A DNA stretch of 64,000 bases from a virus (Duplodnaviria > Caudoviricetes). The notes beneath the pieces were generated by a model, which did not search any database, had not been told where the DNA came from, and saw only the letters and a program-made list of their open reading frames with translations. The DNA lies in the IMG/VR virus record IMGVR_UViG_3300037189_030782, one strand, 5' to 3'. The first letter of the stretch is position 1; each line of letters opens with the position of its first letter. Position numbers and translations under genes: made by a program. This document shows positions 28,301 through 36,507 of this stretch, piece after piece.

Positions 28301-28483
28301 AACTTTAAGTATAGCGATGGAGTTTATGAAGATGCTATGATTGACAAAATGTCATATAATCTCTATGTTAGAGTAAGGGCTCAGACCAATCTTCTGCCCG
28401 GTAGGATTCAACCCAAGCATTACACACCTAAGGCCGCTTCTTACTTGCTGGCCCCTGCGTCAAGCTTAAATTGTTTAACTTGA
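22310..28483 (+). CDS. 2057-aa virion protein (tail fibre/baseplate-associated, multi-domain)
   Basis: DRILVKDQ...ANGIYVV...LTRSNDFD tail-fibre motif; vWA-like VHFIIDLS; repeated NAxxGxF modules; T/S/G/N-rich. Confidence 0.75.
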   Translation: MEINLNGSGIGINNYSEVLVVDIETRNTFCENNSYNQDTLLAYANQLAHKNITTVCKPIQTNAVRITQDKVNKTSRSTFPRITDNALLGNCIDDQALACQNESTPLDVHFIIDLSTPALRQVGDLATYLDQLIVSMKERYGGGLRASYTFLTPIDNVIDTSTQWTIQHLAGPSIITTGDSAGITYHLPVACATVSSLKASYHNGNLGVGATLTASENRTLMRIDGYQPLLNDRILVKDQLLQQANGIYVVTDLGSGSKPYVLTRSNDFDGSSAAVTPGWATTVSKGLTNSGLSFVSTGVGTLTSGTHAILFGVDAVVFTNSSLVKYSCVTPSIVDYLNVNNSKLLLTTSNSRICPYDIVINNLIRQSSFSYGTVITDSVVVRASDIKTCRFVRRSLAYLQLFVISNRSFTLSDNSVINFEGSLDNAVNCSVNISPIVTNGQLTSDFSKAFNVYRNHGVEPYTVFNAAELFSIIHGQIKKYYDGLFISVANNVDKQYLYQTGQYVKSVKGNNVANLAISSAVDFSAYDTVNDFLAVVSGNQLQVIKLAEYRLVAKYTYDYEIVGLAFDKYLQLSLLTQVGTTLSVLSIQVSDLSAVTEKYVLDISSYGVIPVGSIRFHSPKAVDVDFLTFAVNGDGGSNLRYTIALRQLDGNQATEVLPHVGSFVGFDSFTNRFYILDALTKKILRFDGLAEYFFDGLSNATQVYDVALIEVTLDEDSGHLIGFNGTSWLDIDLAGASVALGITQEVDNFIGIKLNLSCPEDYSLLSVHNVPFGGISNWSNRNKSFDNILVSNGGSTYRQYLDLIAGSTYTLTIDAVILDQVSSQGNFCVTIGFTGVSYQYPIHRTGPVTLLFEAVGGPCLIELFVSPFYDSKEIAVNNLIVCETKEIVCGLVENIEMTLKWGTPESVDIPRLPLNIFNAFLKLIYRNPTTPSEFKNTFLLPTCEGHTCIGDPPKVVSVTCNYGDTVDFWKQQGLGTVAQVSILSQNLTKKFMEGVTENKTSSVEGFANWLWSIPQSKSAVINDELTAYFPSYEDPVNILDTIEVYILANQVYPSGDFPPKHCDNYPAMFEDPGVNLSVEISYDDQRKVNHTFSKSFNRNDIFTTYGDFTRNLPSQWDTLTSLGNGVRGNKAAWHVAQFILDTPDGKQPDGAATLNQCSKPLKVVLSGTGSMYVFPGANKPAPTVVASGNAYNVRPCQPQMGFKMVSAGRADYSVVSFSQPNATGGTYKVTFQKNGVNSPFVFELANGEKPEMLVKLLASRAGFVTAASDIGLSGTGTKSDPFVLAFVGRSQGIGYSITSTDGSGLSGAGSFDTEVIASGGAQRDIFTVKFKNSLEIQNSPINTPTFNEYYATLYLVYGNSTYSSPDATATYVSSSVGTTASAILNFINTMVDSSGKSFGTTYGVDFVSVSPGIDPTYGPFTIGFSAPAKDEKVQLYFKTILTNGTNRNTIDSRNNLSYDPVDLVHKSQFGSKTAASQKLMVNASGGSFILGLPANTGTVTPRGIYLLVSYEFPNTSTYTASAPFNIIVSGIDKDANGQDNQYQVAITPDRCNTTSAGCDAFLACDPNVSKNIQYLKWSVRGINGACANNVYTSFSQSLDVPMSDWISKIVNSFDLTLTTVYPFAPNVNLSDEPIPSSVPSCDINCIVRVFADNGTTNTNTFTQVFSQVIKATAGKEFTKKFKVTVPEAGYVYTRPIQANAAASDVLAAVKDLKDTAPSDAVVELDTVEKDGSNFSYILKWNAGYAIEPVIVDTAGLSGATVQYTNTASGSYEICKQVLTLQNATDGYFSVNVAYGSRNTTTDAISIPFRDVDLQYALLNTRGVFPVDSLTVTQVQTVDPKLVKIYNIEFAPFMGPVPLLESISAGTIRCYPVAIPPLPPPPFKLPTYSCVEGPEDLLFSFCGITGDGPESIAAVGYSAKQLSSVSTSIKAKAELVNPEQRLTLRQMILKTNSGNPNDFLGYQYDNLSGSVRRVGLETVLETQTSYMIVKKVVYGVSYNFKYSDGVYEDAMIDKMSYNLYVRVRAQTNLLPGRIQPKHYTPKAASYLLAPASSLNCLT

Positions 28484-28487
28484 TGTA

Positions 28488-28988
28488 TTGATGTATTGTA
28501 AACATGACGAAAGTCGTTACTTATTCGGAGTAAGTATGAGTAAAACATTGACCATGATGGATGGCACGAGTGTGGACATAATTTCGATGTCCGCATTGGC
28601 CAATGGGCTGGTGGTGGTCGAAGGATGCAACAGTGAAAGGTATACTGTCCATCCTTCACGAATTAAGGAGAATCAAAGCACAATGACTAGCTTGACTGAG
28701 TTTAGCGTTTTGGGGTTGAGAGATAGACCTAACTGCATGCTGTTTACTAAAAAAGGCATCAGATTTGACCATGAGCGCATAGATGTGCGAGCGCATGTGC
28801 TATTGTGTATTGATGATAATCCACGCAAGATGTGCTTTAATACTTATAATGGTCAGCTTGGCAAGGACAAAAAGTCGCCAGACTTTGATGGATTTTGCGC
28901 AGGCGCCGATGGTAAGAACTTCTACAAGGTAGCTTGCGTGGTGAAGGAACAGAAGAAACTTTTAAAGCAAGGATATGAGAAAATTTAA
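28488..28988 (+). CDS. Hypothetical protein
   Basis: 166-aa ORF; TAATG overlap with csrA. Confidence 0.55.
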   Translation: MMYCKHDESRYLFGVSMSKTLTMMDGTSVDIISMSALANGLVVVEGCNSERYTVHPSRIKENQSTMTSLTEFSVLGLRDRPNCMLFTKKGIRFDHERIDVRAHVLLCIDDNPRKMCFNTYNGQLGKDKKSPDFDGFCAGADGKNFYKVACVVKEQKKLLKQGYEKI

Positions 28989-29140
28989 TGTTAATAATAA
29001 CACGAAAGATTGACCAGACATTCACTGTCGGTAACGTCGTAATAAAAATAGTAGACGTTGATCGTAATAAAGTCAGAGTTGGAATAGAGGCGCCTAAAGA
29101 TATACCTATATATCGTGACGACGTCAAAACCAAAAAATAA
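28988..29140 (+). CDS. csrA: Carbon storage regulator CsrA/RsmA homologue (50 aa; absent from the ORF track)
   Basis: Manual translation MLIITRKIDQTFTVGNVVIKIVDVDRNKVRVGIEAPKDIPIYRDDVKTKK matches the MLILTR...VRIGI.APK.V.I.R consensus. Confidence 0.9.
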   Translation: MLIITRKIDQTFTVGNVVIKIVDVDRNKVRVGIEAPKDIPIYRDDVKTKK

Positions 29141-29163
29141 TACTAGCGCAGGTAAGGATTCAA

Positions 29164-30117
29164 ATGATTAAAATATGCGTGATTGGTCACAGCGGATTTC
29201 TCGGGCGTGCTGTGATAGACCAATTCAATAAATGTGACATCGATGTTATAGGCGTAAGCAAAAGCCACGGAGTGGACGCAACTGATGAAAGACAATTAGA
29301 AGATGTGATAACGTCTGACGGTATTACGACTGTTGTAAATTTAGCTGCGGTGTGCGGTGGAATAGGATTAAATCAGATACGACCAGCAGAGTTATGGTCT
29401 ACCACCAATAATATAAACGGAGCTGTGCTAAAAGCTTGCAGCAAGACAAATGTCAGATTATTGATGATTGGTACGGCGTGCTCTTATGGCAGTCTTACGC
29501 CGACGCCATTTAGGGAAGATGACTTGATGAAGTATGGCTATCCTGAGGCAACGAATGCTGCTTATGGCGTAAGCAAGCTAAATGGATTATTCGGATCGAT
29601 GGCCTATCGGCAGCAGTATGACTGTAAGATTACGTATGCAATACCAGCGAATTTGTATGGTCCGTTCGACAATTTTGATCTTGGAACTAGCCATGTTATT
29701 CCAGCGTTAATAAGAAAAATCGATGAAGCTAAAACAGCTGGCACACCATTAGTGGTATGGGGCACTGGTATAGCTTCCAGAGAGTTCCTATATGTGAGAG
29801 ACTGTGCGAAGGCCATAACGCAATTGTCCATAATGCCATATGAGATGGTAGGGTTAGGACCATATAATATCGGTAATGGGCAGGAAGTAGCAATTGCAGA
29901 TTTAGTGCAAGCATTATGCAATGCAATGGACTTTAAAGGCGAAGTGATTTGGGATAGCAGCAAACCTGACGGACAATTAAGGCGTTGTTTAGATGTTTCA
30001 AAGTTACATAAATTAGGCTTTGCCGCTGAGACGGCTCTTGCTGAGGGGTTATTGAATACGATCAAGTATTACCAACGGATGGTGAAAAATGGGAGTGGAA
30101 GTACGAGTAACAATTAG
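29164..30117 (+). CDS. fcl: GDP-L-fucose synthase
   Basis: GFLG, AAVCGGIGLN, YGVSK, PANLYGPFDNFDLGTSHVIPALIRK, VWGTG.ASREFLYV, WDSSKPDG. Confidence 0.92.
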   Translation: MIKICVIGHSGFLGRAVIDQFNKCDIDVIGVSKSHGVDATDERQLEDVITSDGITTVVNLAAVCGGIGLNQIRPAELWSTTNNINGAVLKACSKTNVRLLMIGTACSYGSLTPTPFREDDLMKYGYPEATNAAYGVSKLNGLFGSMAYRQQYDCKITYAIPANLYGPFDNFDLGTSHVIPALIRKIDEAKTAGTPLVVWGTGIASREFLYVRDCAKAITQLSIMPYEMVGLGPYNIGNGQEVAIADLVQALCNAMDFKGEVIWDSSKPDGQLRRCLDVSKLHKLGFAAETALAEGLLNTIKYYQRMVKNGSGSTSNN

Positions 30118-30487
30118 CGTCGGAGAATTATTAGACAAGTTGAGCATTTTAAGAATCAAAAAGCACTTCTTCAAAGACGACGATAAATTACACAACATTA
30201 AACAAGAATATAATTTACTAGCACAGACGTGGCAAGGTATGCATTCACATATCAAGCCAGTTATGCTTACTGAATTATATAATCTATATGATCGTTTATG
30301 CACTGTCAATAAAGCTATCTGGGATATGCAAAATAATATCAGAGAGCACGAAAGAGAGCAATTGTTTGATGATGAATTTATACAGTTGGCTCGGCAACTG
30401 TATATCAACGATGACTTAAGATCATCGATAAAGAAACAAATAAATATTAAAATAGGTAGTGCCATAGTAGAAGAAAAATCATTCTAA
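30089..30487 (+). CDS. DUF6165-like protein
   Basis: ISVGELLDKLSILRIK...VNKAIWD...FIQLAR..YI.DD.R..IK..IN...S.IVEEKS. Confidence 0.75.
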   Translation: MGVEVRVTISVGELLDKLSILRIKKHFFKDDDKLHNIKQEYNLLAQTWQGMHSHIKPVMLTELYNLYDRLCTVNKAIWDMQNNIREHEREQLFDDEFIQLARQLYINDDLRSSIKKQINIKIGSAIVEEKSF

Positions 30488-30496
30488 AGGCCAAAA

Positions 30497-31102
30497 ATGA
30501 CCACACCAAAAAGAAGCGCAAGCGCAATAGGTAAAAGCAACGTGCGGATGGGCAAAACGCATGAAAGAAGGATGGCACACCTATTAACTGAGTTTACCGG
30601 TCAGGAATTTAGAAGGCGGCGCGTTACTGGCCGAGACCAAGGTACTATAGACAGGGAGAGCACGTCGGATGTAATATCATCCAGAGGTTTGTGTGCGTTT
30701 AGCATCGAAGGTAAAGCTGGCAAAGGATATAGTCTTGATGCACTTATGTCTACACCAGACACTGCATTATTCACCAAATGGTGGTTCCAGGCCACATATG
30801 ATGCTAACCTTTTGACAGCGGCAGTCAAGCGTCCCATCTACCCGATGGTCATGTTCAAACCGATTCCAGCGTGGGATTGGGTGGCTGTGTCGAAAAAAGG
30901 TTTTTCTGATAAGCTGATACACAAAGGTGTTTTTCCAGTGCTTTTATTTGAAGGATTTAACAATCGCCAATATACTATGTCTGTATCACATTCAGATCGT
31001 ACTAAGCAGATTATCGAACAGGCTTTGGATGACGTTGTATTCTGTCGATGGAAATCGTTTGCTGAAAATATAGTATCAGATTCACTGTTCTATGAGAGGT
31101 GA
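30497..31102 (+). CDS. Putative Holliday junction resolvase (PD-(D/E)XK)
   Basis: GKTHERRMA...SDVI...FSIEGK. Confidence 0.7.
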   Translation: MTTPKRSASAIGKSNVRMGKTHERRMAHLLTEFTGQEFRRRRVTGRDQGTIDRESTSDVISSRGLCAFSIEGKAGKGYSLDALMSTPDTALFTKWWFQATYDANLLTAAVKRPIYPMVMFKPIPAWDWVAVSKKGFSDKLIHKGVFPVLLFEGFNNRQYTMSVSHSDRTKQIIEQALDDVVFCRWKSFAENIVSDSLFYER

Positions 31103-31105
31103 TTT

Positions 31106-31327
31106 ATGGCATGTGGAAGTTGCGGCGGTGGAGCACCTAGACAAATTAAAGTGGTTAACGATACCAACCCAAGCCAGCCATTGAACATACGTCCATTGCC
31201 GGTGCAAAGGCAGATTAATAATCGGATAAATAGATGTGGAACATGTAGTAGTTTAACCATGTTAGTCAGCATTAATGGAAAGGAACGCACCCAGTGTGTG
31301 AATCCAGCTTGTCGATTGGTGCAATAG
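31106..31327 (+). CDS. Small Zn-ribbon-like protein
   Basis: MACGSCGG...CGTC...CVNPAC. Confidence 0.65.
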   Translation: MACGSCGGGAPRQIKVVNDTNPSQPLNIRPLPVQRQINNRINRCGTCSSLTMLVSINGKERTQCVNPACRLVQ

Positions 31328-31710
31328 CTCAGCTGTTAGTAGCGGCTGTCGCAGTAGAGGCGGCAGTAGAAGTGTTCGTAGATTCAGAAATATTCTCTGA
31401 AGTCAGGTCATTTATCAAGGACTTGTGCTACCCACAAGTTCCTCGTGCTAACGCAAGGTTAGCATACGTTTATTACAAGTTAAATTATTTTATTAATTGC
31501 GGCTATTGTATGTCGGTGTGGGTAGCAGCAGTTGTCGCTCTTGGTTTCGTCTGCTGCATAACAGGCATCATGGTTGTTGATTGGTTTATCACTACATTGG
31601 TGCTGCATCGTTTATCTAATCTCTTCCACGTATTGTTTATGTTAGTGAAGCATGGGCGAGTGCACACGTTGAGCGGTGACTTTAACCATATAATTGAGAA
31701 CAAAAAATGA
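31294..31710 (+). CDS. DUF1360-like membrane protein
   Basis: Hydrophobic helices with CGYCMSVWVA; start uncertain (perhaps TTG 31309). Confidence 0.65.
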   Translation: MCESSLSIGAIAQLLVAAVAVEAAVEVFVDSEIFSEVRSFIKDLCYPQVPRANARLAYVYYKLNYFINCGYCMSVWVAAVVALGFVCCITGIMVVDWFITTLVLHRLSNLFHVLFMLVKHGRVHTLSGDFNHIIENKK

Positions 31711-32156
31711 ACCAAGAAGAATTAGCAGCGCGGAACGCTAAGAGATTCGATTCGAGGATTTTTACTGACAAGAAGCCTAAATCGATAGACGATGTAAAGG
31801 CTCTATTGAGGGAATTCGACCCCAAGCTGAGTGCTGATCAATCAGTTACATTGAATGCAGAGTTTGCAGAAGAATCAGGTCCTACCGATATCAAAGCTAT
31901 TGCGACGGTTAAAAGTAAGCGCAGCATGCTTTTATTCGGTTTTGAAAAAATCAGATATATTTCGAGTATTGAAAGGGATGAAATATTGGAAGAGTACATC
32001 GTCCCTTCGCCAGCGGTTAATTTTGGCTTACATTGGCTGGATCAGTATATTGCAAGATGGCTTGGCGCAACACGCGAAGGTTTATTCATTGTTTGGAATT
32101 TGAACTCCGGTAAGTTTAAGTACGACATTTTTACACACACATTGACCCGAGTATAA
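31707..32156 (+). CDS. Hypothetical protein
   Basis: 149 aa, ATGA overlap. Confidence 0.6.
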   Translation: MNQEELAARNAKRFDSRIFTDKKPKSIDDVKALLREFDPKLSADQSVTLNAEFAEESGPTDIKAIATVKSKRSMLLFGFEKIRYISSIERDEILEEYIVPSPAVNFGLHWLDQYIARWLGATREGLFIVWNLNSGKFKYDIFTHTLTRV

Positions 32157-32157
32157 T

Positions 32158-32472
32158 ATGCAACAGGCCGCACTGCCACATTTGGCTCATTATTCGGATT
32201 TGCGTCGGTACATACCCGCTTATGGCGACTATTTAATCTGGTCAAAATGGTTCACTACGTGGCACGGGTTTATAGTAGATTTCGATGCTAAGACTCTCGA
32301 AGTGAGCGTGATTTTCGCTGGTCTACCAATTTTGTTGGTAACTATGTCAGAACTAGAACAGAAAAAAGAAACTCGAAAAATTCCATTAGGAGAATTAAAC
32401 AATGCGACCAAGGGTAAATACGCAGTTCTCCGCCACGACACAGCCAACAACGCAAACATCTGGTACGTTTAA
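32158..32472 (+). CDS. Hypothetical protein
   Basis: 104 aa, in the operon. Confidence 0.6.
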   Translation: MQQAALPHLAHYSDLRRYIPAYGDYLIWSKWFTTWHGFIVDFDAKTLEVSVIFAGLPILLVTMSELEQKKETRKIPLGELNNATKGKYAVLRHDTANNANIWYV

Positions 32473-33028
32473 GCTTGCTAAGCTGTTATCGCACCCAAAG
32501 CCGCTTCCATTTAATTATTTAGACACACTGAAAAACGTATTATGCTATGTCATCAGGAAATATGCAGATGATGGTCTATCGGTTCTTATAAGCAGAAAAA
32601 ATGAAGATGTTGCGGTTTTATTCGGTGATTGGAATGGGAACTTATGTGATATACGGGAGGATGGTCCTGCTCCGGCGGCAGCTAAGCTGTTTATGGAGCA
32701 GCACTTGAATGATGTCTATGCTTTAATGAAGTACATTAAAATTGACATGTTACAAATGTTCATTGACACTAGCGCAGGATTCAGACTTGTTGATATACAA
32801 TTAAGCCTCAATAAATACACTGGCCCAGGCATGCTGCGTGATGTGTTTAATCCTATAATAGACACGCAGGAGGTGTTGGTCATTGAACCTTTGGCTGATC
32901 GAGCCTTGGAGGCGATTAGGCACGGCACCGGAACATATGAAGGCAATCTGATCATTAAGCCCAGCAAATTTAGGCTATATGAGGACGGTGGTGCTTATTT
33001 TCCACATTATGTGAGTGTAACACGATAA
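32402..33028 (+). CDS. Hypothetical protein (true start probably downstream)
   Basis: 208-aa ORF; TAATG overlap with the next gene. Confidence 0.55.
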   Translation: MRPRVNTQFSATTQPTTQTSGTFKLAKLLSHPKPLPFNYLDTLKNVLCYVIRKYADDGLSVLISRKNEDVAVLFGDWNGNLCDIREDGPAPAAAKLFMEQHLNDVYALMKYIKIDMLQMFIDTSAGFRLVDIQLSLNKYTGPGMLRDVFNPIIDTQEVLVIEPLADRALEAIRHGTGTYEGNLIIKPSKFRLYEDGGAYFPHYVSVTR

Positions 33029-34956
33029 TGCCTACTTTTATCAATCGTAATACCTATGCTGTTCACTTAAATGGTCCCGACGGCCAAACGGTACTGGTTA
33101 ACAGTAAACAGGTGATCGAACTTCCAGATTTTTATCATAAATACGTGCAGCGTGGTTATATTACTCAGGTTAATGGTAATGTTTTATCTCCTGAAACTAG
33201 GATGGCTAGTATCAGGAAGAGCGTCACACAAAAAGTGATTCGCCAAGGTAAGAGCATTGTAAAGCCTGTGCAAGATGTCGTCAGGGAAGCCGTCGACGTC
33301 ATGCCTAATGCAGCGAAAGTCTTGCGAAGACAGCAATCAGATGTGCTAAGAAAACCAGCTGTGAACATTACCGACAGCGCCACTAGGCCACGAGTAGGCA
33401 CTGCAGTGAATGCGAACTACCTAGAGGTTTATAGATCATTTGCAGCGAGGTATCAATATGCTGTCAGTAATGACATTGGTATCGGAATTTTAACATATAA
33501 CAGGCCAGGCTCTCTTAAAAGATTATTGCAGTCCATAGAGTCATTTACGGATCTAGACAAAACAGTTGTGTTCATTAGCGATGATAACAGTGATGATCCG
33601 GAGCAGATCAGCCTGTTAGATTCGTTAGTCGACTCAAAATATGTCGTGCTTCGCAATAGGACCAGAGCTGGCGTGGCTGGTAACAGCAACAGATTATTGA
33701 AGTGCCTTAGTCGATTTCGTTACGGGCTGCTTTTAAATGATGATGTGGAAGTGTTAAAGCTGGGCTGGGATTCGTTCTACCCTGATAATTTAAATGCGTC
33801 GGGCTTAAAGCATTTCATTTATCGGGAGATTGGAGTCTACGGAGCATCAGCTGCTACGGCATATCGGATGATTCAAGGGAATAGCAAAACCAGCCATATT
33901 AAGGAAGTCGAAGTATCTAAGGTCGATTCAAAACCACATGGCGCTGTCTTAGCTTTTGATAACTCAGTCGATGTCGGCTATTTCGATGAGGGATTTGGCG
34001 TCTATGGGATGGAGCATATAGAGTGGAGTGACCGTTTTCACAAAGATGGCCATCAAGAAGCCGGGTATTTCGACGTGGCTCATAGCAACGAGTATTTCAG
34101 AATTCACGCAGAGGCTTCGGCAGTCGCAGATCGCGTAATGCATTTGCAGCATAGCAAAAAATACTTGGCTGTCGGTAAATTTGCTAGAAGCAGCAGTTAT
34201 GTGGAAGAGCTACCAAGCTTGAGTATTGTGGTACCAATCCGCGTTTTCGGTCGTCAAAACGCTATTGACTTGATCATTAGAAATATTAAAGCATTAAAGT
34301 TCCCGCACGTGGACATTATAATCTCTGAACATGACGTTAGCCAGAATTTCGATAATAAGCATGTCGGAATTAGGCATATATTTACAGCTGCAGATGGTGC
34401 ACAAACGTTATTTAACAAATCAAGGGCATTCAACGTGGGTGTTAATGCAGCCGCTTGCAATGATATCATTTTGCATGACGCAGACCTGATGGTACACCGT
34501 AGCTATGCAAGCCAGATCAAATCAATCCTAATGGCCAATGAATCATGCCATATCGGTAAATTTGTGATCTATTTGGACCAAGGTGAAACTGAAAGGGTCA
34601 GTATAGATGGTCTCTCATCAGAGCCTTCGTTCGAACGAATGGTTGGCTACTACGAAGGAGGCAGCCTAGGTGTGAGGCGGAGAGATTATTGGCGTTGCGG
34701 AGGCTTTAACGAAGCTTTTTACGGCTACGGCAACGAAGATACTGAATTTTTCGGTAGATTGTCTCAGACCACTAAATTTTGCAACGAACGTACGGAAGCG
34801 TTCATACATCTTTGGCATCCAAGAGTGGAAAACTGGATCGATCATCATCAAGAAAACAAGATGTTGGAAAGGAAATTGGTCTCTAATGCGATGGATAAAC
34901 GTTTAAAGGACTTGAATGCTCAAAACGTCGAAAGAGGCTATAAATGCGAGTGTTGA
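33028..34956 (+). CDS. Two-domain glycosyltransferase (GT2-like + GT7/galactosyltransferase-like) with a non-catalytic N-terminal extension
   Basis: ILTYNRP, ISDDNSDD, LLLNDDVE, FDEGFGVYGMEH; FNKSRAFNVG, LHDADL, GGFNEAFYGYGNEDTEF. Confidence 0.88.
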   Translation: MPTFINRNTYAVHLNGPDGQTVLVNSKQVIELPDFYHKYVQRGYITQVNGNVLSPETRMASIRKSVTQKVIRQGKSIVKPVQDVVREAVDVMPNAAKVLRRQQSDVLRKPAVNITDSATRPRVGTAVNANYLEVYRSFAARYQYAVSNDIGIGILTYNRPGSLKRLLQSIESFTDLDKTVVFISDDNSDDPEQISLLDSLVDSKYVVLRNRTRAGVAGNSNRLLKCLSRFRYGLLLNDDVEVLKLGWDSFYPDNLNASGLKHFIYREIGVYGASAATAYRMIQGNSKTSHIKEVEVSKVDSKPHGAVLAFDNSVDVGYFDEGFGVYGMEHIEWSDRFHKDGHQEAGYFDVAHSNEYFRIHAEASAVADRVMHLQHSKKYLAVGKFARSSSYVEELPSLSIVVPIRVFGRQNAIDLIIRNIKALKFPHVDIIISEHDVSQNFDNKHVGIRHIFTAADGAQTLFNKSRAFNVGVNAAACNDIILHDADLMVHRSYASQIKSILMANESCHIGKFVIYLDQGETERVSIDGLSSEPSFERMVGYYEGGSLGVRRRDYWRCGGFNEAFYGYGNEDTEFFGRLSQTTKFCNERTEAFIHLWHPRVENWIDHHQENKMLERKLVSNAMDKRLKDLNAQNVERGYKCEC

Positions 34957-35921
34957 TTGTAAAACGTGTAGCTGCTGCATATGGTTATGTGACAGATGGT
35001 TTCATCAATGCGTTAAGGACTGTGGGTTGCGTTGTACAGAGATGGGATGGCGCAGCTGACACATGGTGGCAATTTAATCCAGACCTATATATAGGATGTG
35101 CTGCTCATCCGCAGGAGCCACCGAAGGGGCATCGAGCGGCAATTGCGTTACATGTAAATCCTCTTGGCCCAATCACTATTCCAGACATTATGGAGACACC
35201 TAAGAATGTTTCCTGGGTTACCAAAATTAATCCGACAGTGGTTTACGGATACGGATTTGATGACGATGTGATTTATTGGGCGCATTGGCAGGAGAAGCAT
35301 GGGTTCAAATGGACAGCTCAATCCACAGCTTGTGACGCTACGATATTTAAAGACCTTAATGCAGTCAAGACCAATGATGTCATTTACCTTGGCGGATATT
35401 GGCCATACAAAGCTAAGAATATCGAACCATATCTATTTCCTGTGTTAGACCACCCTAGAATCAAATCAAAAGTCATGGGTTGGGGCCATTGGCCAGAAAA
35501 ATATAACGTCGAACCATGCCCAGAAGCCGATGGTAATTCATTCCTAAACACTGGTGTAATTGCGCCTTGTATCAGTGAGCCGCACACGCACCAATGGGGT
35601 ATCGACGTTCCGGAGCGGGTGTTTAAAGCTGCTGCGGTAGGGTTATTGCCGATCATAGATTCAGTCCCGACGTTGAAGAGGAAGCTGCCTGGTATCCCGA
35701 TGGCGTGTGAAGGGCCTGATATGTTAGAGCTGGTGTTGCATTATCTTGCCAATCCGGTAGAACAGCAGGCTTTAGCCAAGCAATTGCAAGTGCATGTCTT
35801 GCAGAATCATACTTATCACCATCGAATGGCTAAATTGCTTACTGATATTGCTTTAGTCGATAACAGATACACTAAATTCTTGCAGGTAGCTGAAAAGTTA
35901 AATGGCTATTGCCACCAGTAA
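34944..35921 (+). CDS. CgeB-like GT-B glycosyltransferase
   Basis: DVIYLGG, VPERVFKAAAVG, HTYHHRMAKLL. Confidence 0.75.
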   Translation: MRVLIVKRVAAAYGYVTDGFINALRTVGCVVQRWDGAADTWWQFNPDLYIGCAAHPQEPPKGHRAAIALHVNPLGPITIPDIMETPKNVSWVTKINPTVVYGYGFDDDVIYWAHWQEKHGFKWTAQSTACDATIFKDLNAVKTNDVIYLGGYWPYKAKNIEPYLFPVLDHPRIKSKVMGWGHWPEKYNVEPCPEADGNSFLNTGVIAPCISEPHTHQWGIDVPERVFKAAAVGLLPIIDSVPTLKRKLPGIPMACEGPDMLELVLHYLANPVEQQALAKQLQVHVLQNHTYHHRMAKLLTDIALVDNRYTKFLQVAEKLNGYCHQ

Positions 35922-36507
35922 ATGCTTGTTCCTGCACATTCCTAAGACAGCCGGGACTTTCGTCAGGGCTGTGTTGGAGTCTATCGACAAAGTGTCGATA
36001 GTTGGGGCTGATATACACGCCCATTTCCCAGATATCAATGACCATCTTAATAGACCTATCTTTTGCTTTGTAAGACACCCTTTAACTTGGTATCTAAGCA
36101 GGTTTTCGCACAGGTTGCGTAATGGCTGGGTGGCTTCACATCCACTGGATTCTAAGTGCGCTAGCAATGACTTCGATCAATTCGTAGAGAATGTTTGCCA
36201 AGAATACCCCGATGGCTGGTTAACAAATGAATACAATACGTTCATCGACTCAGCACCAACGAAGCCGACAATCGGTCGCCTAGAGAATCTGTATGACGAT
36301 TTACATCTTATTCTAACGAGCTTTAAATATCGGATTTCACGTTCAAGAATCACCAAGTTAGGATACATCAATGCCAGTCATTTCGGTAAATTAAAGCCTG
36401 TTGATGTAATTAAATACAGTGAAGAAACGGCCCAAAAAATATTAAGATTAGAAAGACAAGTGGTTCACCGTTTTTATGAAAATCACGATAGCATGCTTGT
36501 ACAATAA
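35902..36507 (+). CDS. Sulfotransferase-family protein
   Basis: FLHIPKTAGT (5'-PSB loop) and FVRHPLTWYLS (3'-PB motif). Confidence 0.8.
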   Translation: MAIATSKCLFLHIPKTAGTFVRAVLESIDKVSIVGADIHAHFPDINDHLNRPIFCFVRHPLTWYLSRFSHRLRNGWVASHPLDSKCASNDFDQFVENVCQEYPDGWLTNEYNTFIDSAPTKPTIGRLENLYDDLHLILTSFKYRISRSRITKLGYINASHFGKLKPVDVIKYSEETAQKILRLERQVVHRFYENHDSMLVQ

